A stretch of DNA of 64,000 nucleotides from NCBI GenBank assembly GCA_025061735.1, contig JANXAU010000004.1, positions 1,643 to 65,642 on the forward strand, read 5' to 3'. Below the pieces are notes generated by a model. It ran no database searches, was not told the DNA's origin, and saw only the letters and a list, made by a program, of their open reading frames with translations. Made by a program: the position numbers and the translations under genes. This document shows positions 1 through 7,990 of the stretch, piece by piece. Position 1 is the first letter of the stretch; each line of letters begins with the position of its first letter. The DNA comes from Candidatus Bipolaricaulota bacterium (lineage in GTDB: Bacteria; Bipolaricaulota; Bipolaricaulia; RBG-16-55-9; DRXL01).

Positions 1-1090
1 TCGGCCCACGAACGCACAGCTCTCCGATCTGGCCGACGGGCAGACGTTTATTGTTCTCATCTACGATCTTGCACTCGGCCCCTTCGATGGGCCAGCCGAT
101 CGAGCCGATCTTGGGCTTAGGCGCAGCCAAGTTCGTATGCGTCACCGGCGAAGTCTCCGTCAGCCCGTAGCCCTCGTAGACCGTGATCCCAAATCTCTTC
201 TGGAAGGCCTCCAAGACGGGCACGGGCATCTTCGCCCCGCCGGAGCTGCACAGCTTCAGCGAGCTTAAGTCGTAGTGCCCGGCCTTGGGATGGTTGAGCA
301 GATCAATATAGAGCGTGGGCACACAGACCATGCTTGTTATCTTGTGCTCTTGGATGAGCTGCATCGCCCACTCCGCTTCCCAACGAATCATGGGGTAGAT
401 CGTCACTCCCATCGAGAGCGGCGTGAGCATCAGCACGGTCATCCCCGTGATGTGGAACATCGGGACAGGCACGAGCAGCCGCTCTCCAGCGCCTTTCTCC
501 TTCATCAGTTTCATCACGCTCTGGATGTTGCTGCTGAGATTTTTATGAGTTAACAAGACGCCCTTGGGCTTGCCCGTCGTTCCTGACGTGTAGGGCATGA
601 GCGCCAGATCGTCGTCGGCGCGCTCGACAAAATGCGGCGGATGCTGGAGAAGCTCATCGAAGTTGGGGAAGTTCGAGCCGGGGCCAACGACATAGACTTT
701 TAAGTCGGGCAGCTCCTCGGCGGCTTTGGCGACCTCTTCGAGCATGAAGACCGGCGCGATGATGAGCTTCGATCCCGAATCGGTAATCTGATGGACGATC
801 TCGCGCTTTTTGAGCGTGGGGTTCATCGGGCTGGGAACACAGCCGGCTTTGAAGCCACCCCAGATCGCGATCACAAATTGAGGCAGATTGGGCATATAGA
901 CCGCAAAACGATCTCCGGGCTGTAGGCCCAGTGCTTTCAGCCCGCCCGCGAAGCGACTGGTCCATTCAGACAGCTCTCGATAGCTGATCGGCCTTGGGGG
1001 AATGCCCATGTTGGGGATGCCGGGGAAGTAAACGGCCGTGCGGTCGGGGTGTTCTTGAGCAGCCTGCTCGAAGAGCCGGGCGACGTTCAT
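1..1090 (-). CDS. AMP-dependent synthetase / long-chain-fatty-acid--CoA ligase. Partial: the C-terminus lies upstream of the window.
   Basis: Manual reverse-complement translation from the ATG at 1090 gives MNVARLFEQAAQEHPDRTAVYF...YTSGTTGKPKGVLLTHKNL...GYGLTETSP. The AMP-binding motifs (TSGTTGKPKGV, GYGLTET) are present. No stop codon occurs inside the window, so it is absent from the ORF track. Confidence 0.85.
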   Translation of the reverse strand, partial: MNVARLFEQAAQEHPDRTAVYFPGIPNMGIPPRPISYRELSEWTSRFAGGLKALGLQPGDRFAVYMPNLPQFVIAIWGGFKAGCVPSPMNPTLKKREIVHQITDSGSKLIIAPVFMLEEVAKAAEELPDLKVYVVGPGSNFPNFDELLQHPPHFVERADDDLALMPYTSGTTGKPKGVLLTHKNLSSNIQSVMKLMKEKGAGERLLVPVPMFHITGMTVLMLTPLSMGVTIYPMIRWEAEWAMQLIQEHKITSMVCVPTLYIDLLNHPKAGHYDLSSLKLCSSGGAKMPVPVLEAFQKRFGITVYEGYGLTETSPVTHTNLAAPKPKIGSIGWPIEGAECKIVDENNKRLPVGQIGELCVRGP

Positions 1091-1184
1091 AGCTCTGCCT
1101 CCTTTAGCGTGAGAGAGTCTTCATAATACTAGCTGAAGATTTTTCGGTTGACAAGACCCCGCCCCTCCGTCGTAGAATGAGGCC

Positions 1185-3026
1185 ATGACGGCTCTTCTTC
1201 TCGCCCTCTGTCTCTGCTCTCTGAGGGGGGCTGACGCTCTGCCCCTCCCTTCGGGATTGCGCTGGCAGACGCTAGAAGCCGCACACGCTCGCGTCGTCTT
1301 TCCCGAAGGCTTGGAGGGGTTGGCGCAAGAGGCCATCGTCGCCCTCGAAGAATTAGCGCAGAGCCATGCTCCCGGCAAAAAGATCACGCTGGTCTTGCAC
1401 GACAGCCGCGACCTGAGTGAGCTGACCGTAGATGGGCTTAGTCATAGAATGATCCTTTCGGTAGCACAGTCCGAGTGCCCCGCTCCGGTAGAGAGCCTCT
1501 GGCAAGCGGCTGTCTCCAAGGGCTACCGGTCGCTCGCGAGAGAGAGCGATGACCAAGCCGTTCTCCCGATGGTGCGCCCGTGGCTGCGCCTGTGGCGTGC
1601 TCTGTGGGAGCACCAAGACGAAGCGTCGTGCGCGCTCAGCGATCCCCCGTCGCTACAGATTCCCTCCCCCGACGGAGCACAGATTCTCACCCTCAAGCGC
1701 GACTGGCATCAGCACGCTTATCTCTACGGCGATCTCTATCTCACAGATAAGAAGACGAGACGAGAAGAGCGGCTGACCGAAGGGGCGCGGGTCTATCGTG
1801 CAGCGTTCTTCCCCGATGGCCAGAAGATCTTGGTCGCGCAGTATCGGTGGGGGGATCGCGGCCCGGTCTTGAGCGTCTTAGATAGAACTACTAAAGAGAT
1901 CACGCTGCTCAAAGAATTTTCTCTTCACGATTACTTCCCGCACTCGTTAGCGGTCTCGCCCGATGGGAAACAAATTGCGCTCTCGCTCTGGCGGCGCGGC
2001 GGGTTTCAAGATATCTATCTGATGGCCCTCCCCCCGCCCTACGGCCCTCCCGTCGGTGACGACAGGAGAGGGGCTGGGGGTGAGGGCCTCCAGCCGATCA
2101 CCCGTGACCGTATCCCAGACTTTGATCCCGCCTTCTCTGCTGACGGGCAGTTCCTGCTCTTTAGCAGAAGAGAGCACGAGTTCCCACAGCGCTATGCCTA
2201 TCGTCTCGCCGATGGCGCCTTCTTCAAAGTCTTGTCAGACTCCGACTGGGAACTCATCACTCTGGAGAGAGAACCCTTCCCGTCTTGGGAGGGCTTCCCC
2301 GAAACGGATTACCCCATCGTCCCTTACGATCCCCGAACTACCCTAGACCCCCACCTCTGGATTCCTCTGGTCGGTCTCACGTCCATAGGGCTAGCGACCT
2401 TCGGCGAGGACGCTCTTGGTCATCATCGCTATCAGTTTGCGCTGGGCTTCGACTGGAGACGGCTCGAGCCGTTCTATTGGATGCGCTACGAAGATCAGCA
2501 GTTTCTGCTGGGCTTCAGCGCTCTTGTCCAGAAAGATCACACGGGATCGCAGCAGCGAGCTTCGGCGACGCTGCCCCTGGTCACGACGCTGGCAGCCCAG
2601 CACCGGCTCTCGCTCTTCTACCATCGAGAAGAACGAGAGACGACCGCTCATACGATTGGGCTGGTCTGGAGCGGGGGCTTGGCTCCCTCTCTCGCGTTGC
2701 CCAGATTGGAATTCTCCCTCACGGCCCAGACGCGCACCCGCACCGGCCAACGCCTCTGGGAGAATCTTCTCGTTCTCGAGATGAGAGCGACGCTCCCGCT
2801 CCCCCAGCATCACTCCTTGCAACTCTCTTGGAAATCGGACTCCTGGCGCATCGGCTACCATCTTTGGCTGCGGCCATGGCTGCGTGTCGAGCTTTTTGCC
2901 ACGTCGGGAGTCCGCTGGGGAGCAGAGTTGGAGTTTGCTGCAAGCCAGCTCTGGTCGCCACGGCTAGGCTTGACAGGGGGTGCCACTCAACATCTAGAAT
3001 TCTATCTGAACTTTTGGGGAGATTGA
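1185..3026 (+). CDS. Secreted TolB-like beta-propeller (PD40/WD40-like repeat) protein
   Basis: It has an N-terminal signal peptide (MTALLLALCLCSL). Repeated xxPDGxxIxF motifs are present (FFPDGQKILVA, SPDGKQIALS, FSADGQFLLFS), typical of PD40 repeats. A sigma70-like promoter (TTGACA...TAGAAT) lies upstream at about 1149-1178. Confidence 0.6.
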   Translation: MTALLLALCLCSLRGADALPLPSGLRWQTLEAAHARVVFPEGLEGLAQEAIVALEELAQSHAPGKKITLVLHDSRDLSELTVDGLSHRMILSVAQSECPAPVESLWQAAVSKGYRSLARESDDQAVLPMVRPWLRLWRALWEHQDEASCALSDPPSLQIPSPDGAQILTLKRDWHQHAYLYGDLYLTDKKTRREERLTEGARVYRAAFFPDGQKILVAQYRWGDRGPVLSVLDRTTKEITLLKEFSLHDYFPHSLAVSPDGKQIALSLWRRGGFQDIYLMALPPPYGPPVGDDRRGAGGEGLQPITRDRIPDFDPAFSADGQFLLFSRREHEFPQRYAYRLADGAFFKVLSDSDWELITLEREPFPSWEGFPETDYPIVPYDPRTTLDPHLWIPLVGLTSIGLATFGEDALGHHRYQFALGFDWRRLEPFYWMRYEDQQFLLGFSALVQKDHTGSQQRASATLPLVTTLAAQHRLSLFYHREERETTAHTIGLVWSGGLAPSLALPRLEFSLTAQTRTRTGQRLWENLLVLEMRATLPLPQHHSLQLSWKSDSWRIGYHLWLRPWLRVELFATSGVRWGAELEFAASQLWSPRLGLTGGATQHLEFYLNFWGD

Positions 3027-3057
3027 CGAGAGCGAATTTACCAGATATAGTAAAGCC

Positions 3058-3537
3058 ATGAAGAGACTTGTAGAGCTAAAGATCAACGGCGAGCTGTATC
3101 AGGTGGCCGTGCCGGTGCACAAGACGCTCTTGGAGGTCTTGAGGGAAGATTTACACCTGACGGGCACCAAGCACGGCTGCGAAGTCGGCGAGTGCGGCAC
3201 GTGCACGGTCTTGATAGACGGCCAGCCGGTGCTCTCGTGCCTGACGCTCCCCGTCGAGGTCGAAGGACGCGCGATCACAACCATCGAGGGCTTGGCCGAG
3301 AACGGGCAACCTCACCCGTTGCAGAGGGCGTTCACGCAGCTGGGAGCCGCCCAGTGCGGCTACTGCACCCCCGGGATGATCTTGACGGCCAAGGCGCTGC
3401 TTGATCAGAACCCCTCTCCCTCCCGCGAAGAGATCGTCGAGGCGCTCTCGGGGAATCTCTGCCGCTGCACGGGGTATCTCAAGATCTTTGAGGCCGTGGA
3501 GATGGCCGCCAAGGAGTTGACTCACAAGAGCTTATGA
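3058..3537 (+). CDS. (2Fe-2S)-binding protein, CoxS/CutS/XdhC small-subunit family of molybdenum hydroxylases
   Basis: Two cysteine clusters match this family: CEVGECGTC (plant-type ferredoxin-like) and CGYCTPG...CRCTGY (second 2Fe-2S). It is 159 aa, typical of CoxS. Confidence 0.85.
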   Translation: MKRLVELKINGELYQVAVPVHKTLLEVLREDLHLTGTKHGCEVGECGTCTVLIDGQPVLSCLTLPVEVEGRAITTIEGLAENGQPHPLQRAFTQLGAAQCGYCTPGMILTAKALLDQNPSPSREEIVEALSGNLCRCTGYLKIFEAVEMAAKELTHKSL

Positions 3538-4145
3538 GATCTCCGTCTTTGATCTGCGCGTGCACGCTGCTGTTGATAGTATTTACCGAAAGCGACGGAT
3601 GGGCGAGGGAGCGCGCCGTGGCGATCCTGCGCAACGCCGAGGGCAAGACCGTAGGAATAGCTCGGTTGGTTCAAGAGCCTAAGGGCGTGCGCCTCACCGT
3701 CACCGTTACAGGGCTTTCCCCTGGCGAGCACGGCATCCACATCCACGCCGTAGGCCGGTGCGATCCCCCTGACTTCGCCTCGGCCGGGCCGCACTTCAAC
3801 CCCACCAACAAGAAGCATGGCTTGCTCCATCCCGAAGGCCCTCACGCCGGCGACCTGCCCAATCTCGTCGTCTCCCCAGACGGCCGAGCCGTCTACGAAG
3901 AGCTGACCGACCGCATCACCCTCTCCCCCGGTGACCTCTCGCTCTTCGACGCCGATGGCAGCTCCTTGGTCATCCACGCCAATCCCGACGACCACCAGAC
4001 CGACCCCGCCGGCAACAGCGGCGCTCGCATCGTCTGTGGCGTCATCACGCCCATGCGCAGCCTCTCGCTCCCAGCCAACGGGACGATCCTGCTGCTCTTG
4101 GGCGCGGTGGGCCTGCTCGTATGGTTCCTCGTTGGGCGACGATAG
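3534..4145 (+). CDS. sodC: Cu/Zn superoxide dismutase (SodC) with an N-terminal signal peptide and a C-terminal hydrophobic anchor
   Basis: The Cu/Zn SOD His ligands and the GDL/GNSGAR motifs are present (HIHAVGRCD, HFNP, HAGDLPNL, GNSGARIVCGVI). The start ATG overlaps the stop of the upstream CoxS gene (ATGA). The C-terminus reads LPANGTILLLLGAVGLLVWFLVGRR. Confidence 0.85.
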   Translation: MRSPSLICACTLLLIVFTESDGWARERAVAILRNAEGKTVGIARLVQEPKGVRLTVTVTGLSPGEHGIHIHAVGRCDPPDFASAGPHFNPTNKKHGLLHPEGPHAGDLPNLVVSPDGRAVYEELTDRITLSPGDLSLFDADGSSLVIHANPDDHQTDPAGNSGARIVCGVITPMRSLSLPANGTILLLLGAVGLLVWFLVGRR

Positions 4146-4146
4146 C

Positions 4147-4722
4147 TTAGCACTTGCTCAAAGGCTGCGCCTTTCGATGATTCCACAGGCGCTGAAACTC
4201 TCGCAAGAAGGCCTGGGCCAGCTCGACGCTCTCAATGATCAAGAGATTCTCTTCGTTGCGCGTCTGCGCCGCTGTTGTCCAGTTGTACGACCCCGTGAGG
4301 AGCTTCTCCCCGTCTACGACGGCAAATTTGTGGTGCATGATCCCGCTGTCTGCAAATTCCTTGACGGGGATGCCCGCGTCGCGGAGAAGACAGCCCTTGC
4401 TCCCTCGGCTGGGCTCATCGTCTAGGAGAATCTGGATCTCCAGCCCTTTGCGAAAGGCCTCTTGCAGCGCCTGAGCGATCTCCGGGTCGGTTAGTTGGTA
4501 GAGCGCCGCGTGGAGGGATCGCTGAGCGGTGTTGATTGTCTCTATGATGGCTCTCTCGGGTTGAGGGGAGGGAGAAAAATAAGCTCGGATGGGGGCAAGA
4601 GACGTCCCGATCTCCTTAGGAGCAGATATAGACTCCCAGGGCGCGCAGCCGCTGATCGTATACGCCGCCCACCCCAACGCCAGCCCGATCAACACCCCAA
4701 GGCCAAAGAGAAGCGCGCGCAT
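4147..4722 (-). CDS. Phospholipase D-family (HKD motif) nuclease/phospholipase, probable lipoprotein
   Basis: An HKD motif is present (IMHHKFAVVDG...GSYNWT). The N-terminus has a signal peptide with a lipobox-like LALGWAAYTISGC. Its size is Nuc-like (about 190 aa). Confidence 0.7.
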   Translation of the reverse strand: MRALLFGLGVLIGLALGWAAYTISGCAPWESISAPKEIGTSLAPIRAYFSPSPQPERAIIETINTAQRSLHAALYQLTDPEIAQALQEAFRKGLEIQILLDDEPSRGSKGCLLRDAGIPVKEFADSGIMHHKFAVVDGEKLLTGSYNWTTAAQTRNEENLLIIESVELAQAFLREFQRLWNHRKAQPLSKC

Positions 4723-4728
4723 CTTCGA

Positions 4729-5148
4729 TTATTTCTTTTGCTTTTTGGTATCGGGCTTCTTTTGCGTCGTCTTGGGAGCTGGGGGCGCAGCCGCGCTGGG
4801 AGTTAGGTGCTCCTTCTCGGTGATCACGAGGCGCACGCGCACGTCTTTAAGAAGCTCCTTCGCGGATGCCCCCGGCGACACCGAGAGCAGGAGCGCGCGC
4901 AGCGTCGGGATCTTCTGATGGATTTGAGCATTGACCCGCTGAGCGACTTCATCGGCCACCGCGTCGAAGTTCTTGACCGCTGGGCTGAGCTGCACGAACC
5001 ATAGCGTCAGATCCGCCGAGCTGGGCACCGCCTGCGCGACCGCAGTCGAGCTTGAAGAGGCCGACTGAAGCGCCCCACGCCCACACCCCATCAGCGCTCC
5101 CCCTACCACCAACAGCGCCAAGAAGACTCCAAACCCTCTGAGACTCAT
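4729..5148 (-). CDS. Hypothetical lipoprotein with a Lys-rich C-terminal tail
   Basis: It has a signal peptide with a lipobox (LMGCG) and a C-terminal KKPDTKKQKK tail. Third-codon-position GC is coding-like. No recognisable catalytic motif was found. Confidence 0.45.
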   Translation of the reverse strand: MSLRGFGVFLALLVVGGALMGCGRGALQSASSSSTAVAQAVPSSADLTLWFVQLSPAVKNFDAVADEVAQRVNAQIHQKIPTLRALLLSVSPGASAKELLKDVRVRLVITEKEHLTPSAAAPPAPKTTQKKPDTKKQKK

Positions 5149-5318
5149 CGCTGCTCTCTCCTTCCAAACAAGGCGTCACACTCCCACTCTAGCTTTAGAA
5201 CACTGCCCCAACAAGGCTCGGTGGCTGGCGTGTAGCTGACATCTGTCTTGTGAGAAGGGCATCGCCGAGCCCCGGCCCTTGCTCGTCACAGGCCCCTCTG
5301 CTATGATAGCTTGCGCTT

Positions 5319-6476
5319 ATGGGATGTGCACACGCCGCCGCCGCTGTCCTCGGCTCGGTAGATGTCCGCAAGATCGTTTGGGAGAACGCCGAGATCATCC
5401 GCGCCGGACAGGCCCAACGCCGCCGTCGCTTCCCCCAGATCAAAGAGATTTATAAAGATACAGAATTAATCTGTACGTTCTCCCATCTGACCCCCAACCT
5501 CCCTTTTGACGAAGTCTTCAGCAACTACGTGCTGCCCCAGATCGTAGACCAAGCGGGACTCGCCCGCTCGCACGTCATCAACTGCGCCTACGATAACTAT
5601 ATCCCCGAAAACGACACCCCCAAGGCCTACACGCTCCAACTGGGGATCGTCAACCCCAAGATGCTCCACCCCGAGATCATCCCCAGCTTGCAAGACGAAC
5701 TCTTCTATCAGCGCGAGATCCTCTTCAAAGACGGCCAGAATCGTATCAAGAGCGCCCCGGAAGAGAACCGCGAGGCCTTTCGCCAGCGCTTCGACCAGCT
5801 CGATGCCATCTATCTCAAGCACGTCGGACGCGGGCGCGTCAGCGAGCGCCTCCTGCGCATACGGGCAGAACTGTTACAGTTGCTTCAGATCGATCTCATC
5901 CCCGAAGTGGCCTTCTCTCTCGCGTTGCAACCGTTGATCGCAGACGTTTTAGAAGCCTTGCATCGTGAAGGGTTTTCGTTCTGGGAGATGCCCGTGCCCG
6001 AAGCCAAATACACCAAAGAGACGTTCATGGTCGAGGGGATAGACGCGCAAAAGCGTCGCAAGCACGTGCGCTTTGAAGACGGACACTTTGTCTTTGAGTA
6101 CGCGCCTCAGCGCGAGAAGCGCATCTCAACTGAAAAAATCTTCGACGCGCTCAGAAATTTTGACGTCATCCCCACGATGCCCTTGGTGATCTTAGCTACG
6201 ACGACAGCGCCGCAGATTCCCCATCTAGGGGGCGGGGTCTGGAAGCGCTACGCGCCCCAGCACGTGGACGCCCAAGCCGAGTGGCTCGGCATCTCCGAGC
6301 GCAGCGAGACGCTCATCTTGAGCACCGGCGGGCACGTGCTGCTCAAGGCGTTCCGGCGCAACGAAGAGTTTATCGGGTTTCCCGTGGTCTATATGACTTA
6401 CGGCCCCAGTTGCATCCGCGAAGCCCTCGAGAGAGGCCTCGTGATGCGCGTGGAGTTCAAGCGCCACGTCTTGTGA
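5319..6476 (+). CDS. Hypothetical cytoplasmic protein (385 aa). No recognisable domain.
   Basis: A long ORF with coding-like codon bias and no signal peptide. A sigma70-like promoter, TTGCTC-17-TATGAT, ends 12 nt before the ATG. Confidence 0.5.
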   Translation: MGCAHAAAAVLGSVDVRKIVWENAEIIRAGQAQRRRRFPQIKEIYKDTELICTFSHLTPNLPFDEVFSNYVLPQIVDQAGLARSHVINCAYDNYIPENDTPKAYTLQLGIVNPKMLHPEIIPSLQDELFYQREILFKDGQNRIKSAPEENREAFRQRFDQLDAIYLKHVGRGRVSERLLRIRAELLQLLQIDLIPEVAFSLALQPLIADVLEALHREGFSFWEMPVPEAKYTKETFMVEGIDAQKRRKHVRFEDGHFVFEYAPQREKRISTEKIFDALRNFDVIPTMPLVILATTTAPQIPHLGGGVWKRYAPQHVDAQAEWLGISERSETLILSTGGHVLLKAFRRNEEFIGFPVVYMTYGPSCIREALERGLVMRVEFKRHVL

Positions 6477-6479
6477 TCG

Positions 6480-6905
6480 TCACAAGACCGAGATCTCCCT
6501 CTCGACGATCTGGCGCTCGCCGTGTAAGATTCTCACTCGGTATCGTCCGGCCTTCAGCCCAGTGATCTCGCCGCTATAAGCAGCTCGCCCGATGCACTTG
6601 ACGCAGAACTCGTTGGGATTGAGCGACGACCGCGCCGTGATCTGGACGATCAACAGATCGTTCGCGCTTTCGAGCATTGCCTCCAGGCGATAGCACGGAT
6701 CGGGCGTGGTCACCACGCCGGAGAAGCGAATCGTGCCTACGGCCCCGACGATCTCGCTCTCGCCGTCGCCAGTGCCACAGCCCGTTTCCCCTTGACGGAA
6801 GATCAGCGTAGGCGAGCCGATCTGCACCGCGTGACGACATCCAGAGAGCAGAGCCAGCCCTGTCAGCCCCAGAGACGCCTTGAGAAATCCCCTGCGCGAA
6901 AGCAT
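6480..6905 (-). CDS. Hypothetical Tat-signal lipoprotein
   Basis: The N-terminus MLSRRGFLKASLGLTGLALLSGC has a twin-arginine motif plus a lipobox. No known domain was recognised. Confidence 0.5.
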   Translation of the reverse strand: MLSRRGFLKASLGLTGLALLSGCRHAVQIGSPTLIFRQGETGCGTGDGESEIVGAVGTIRFSGVVTTPDPCYRLEAMLESANDLLIVQITARSSLNPNEFCVKCIGRAAYSGEITGLKAGRYRVRILHGERQIVEREISVL

Positions 6906-6946
6906 TTGGCAATCACCTCCTTTGGAGGCCCTCTCTAGGGGAGAAC

Positions 6947-7885
6947 CTAGATCTGCACCTTGCTCACCGTCTCGCGCACGATCTCGGCGGCCTTGTGCAG
7001 CTGGGCCAGCTCGTCTGGGGTGAGCTTCAGCTCGATGATCTTCTCCGCGCCGCGCGCCCCCAAGACCACAGGAACCCCTAAGAAGACCTCTCTCAGCCCG
7101 TACTCCCCCTGCAAGAGCACCGAACTGGGAATGATTCGCTTTTTGTCCAAGAGAATGCTCTCGATCATCTCGATCACGGCCGCGGAGGGCGCATAGTACG
7201 CACTGCCCTCCCCCAAGAGCTGGACTATTTCTGTCCCGCCCTTGCGCGCTCGATCTACGATCTTTGTGATTCTCTCCGAGTCGAGCAAGTCTGTAAGGGG
7301 AATCCCGGCGACGCTCGAATACCGGGGCAGCGGCACCATCCCCACGTCGGTGTGGCCGCCGAGCACTAAGCCCTGCACGTCCTCCGCAGAGACGCCCAAC
7401 TCTAGGGCGATGAACGTCCGCCAGCGTGCCGAGTCAAGCGCCCCGCCCTGACCGATCACCCGCTCCCTAGGAAAGCGCGTCACGCGGTGGGCAACATAGA
7501 CCATCGCGTCGAGGGGGTTGCTGAAGACGATCAAGATAGCGTTGGGAGAGTATTTGGCGGCTTGCTCCGCGCAGCTTCGGACGATCTTGGTATTGATGTT
7601 CAGCAGATCTTCCCGAGACATCCCCGGTTTTCGGGGAACCCCCGCGGTGATGACCACGATCTGAGAGTCTTCTGTATCTTTGTAGTCGCTGGTGCCGATG
7701 ACTTTTGAACTGAAGCCCACGAGCGGGCCGGCTTGGAGCATATCTAACGCTTTGCCCTTGGTGGGGTTTTCGCGCTCGGGGATGTCGAGCATCACGACGT
7801 CGCAGAGATTCTTCTCGACCAGACGCTGAGCCATCGTCGCGCCGGTGGCCCCGGCCCCCACGATCGAGACTTTCGGTCGCATCAC
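6947..7885 (-). CDS. mdh: Malate dehydrogenase (LDH-like NAD-dependent MDH)
   Basis: A Rossmann fold is present (VSIVGAGATGATMA). The GVPRKPGMSR motif has Arg at the substrate-specificity position, as in MDH rather than LDH. The catalytic His region is LGGHTD. Length is 312 aa. Confidence 0.9.
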   Translation of the reverse strand: MMRPKVSIVGAGATGATMAQRLVEKNLCDVVMLDIPERENPTKGKALDMLQAGPLVGFSSKVIGTSDYKDTEDSQIVVITAGVPRKPGMSREDLLNINTKIVRSCAEQAAKYSPNAILIVFSNPLDAMVYVAHRVTRFPRERVIGQGGALDSARWRTFIALELGVSAEDVQGLVLGGHTDVGMVPLPRYSSVAGIPLTDLLDSERITKIVDRARKGGTEIVQLLGEGSAYYAPSAAVIEMIESILLDKKRIIPSSVLLQGEYGLREVFLGVPVVLGARGAEKIIELKLTPDELAQLHKAAEIVRETVSKVQI

Positions 7886-7942
7886 AGATCGCTCCTTTGA
7901 AAAAAGATGCTCTTTAAGTTATCGCAAAAGGCGGGGGGACGC

Positions 7943-7982
7943 AAATGAAAACGCCGGGGCGGTTAACGACCCCGCCCCGGCG
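7943..7982 (-). terminator. Rho-independent terminator downstream of glnA (minus strand)
   Basis: An 11-bp GC-rich inverted repeat, CGCCGGGGCGG (7952-7962) / CCGCCCCGGCG (7972-7982), has a 9-nt loop. On the minus strand it is followed by a T-rich tract (plus strand AAATGAAAA at 7943-7951), just after the glnA stop codon. Confidence 0.55.
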
Positions 7983-7990
7983 TCACTGCT

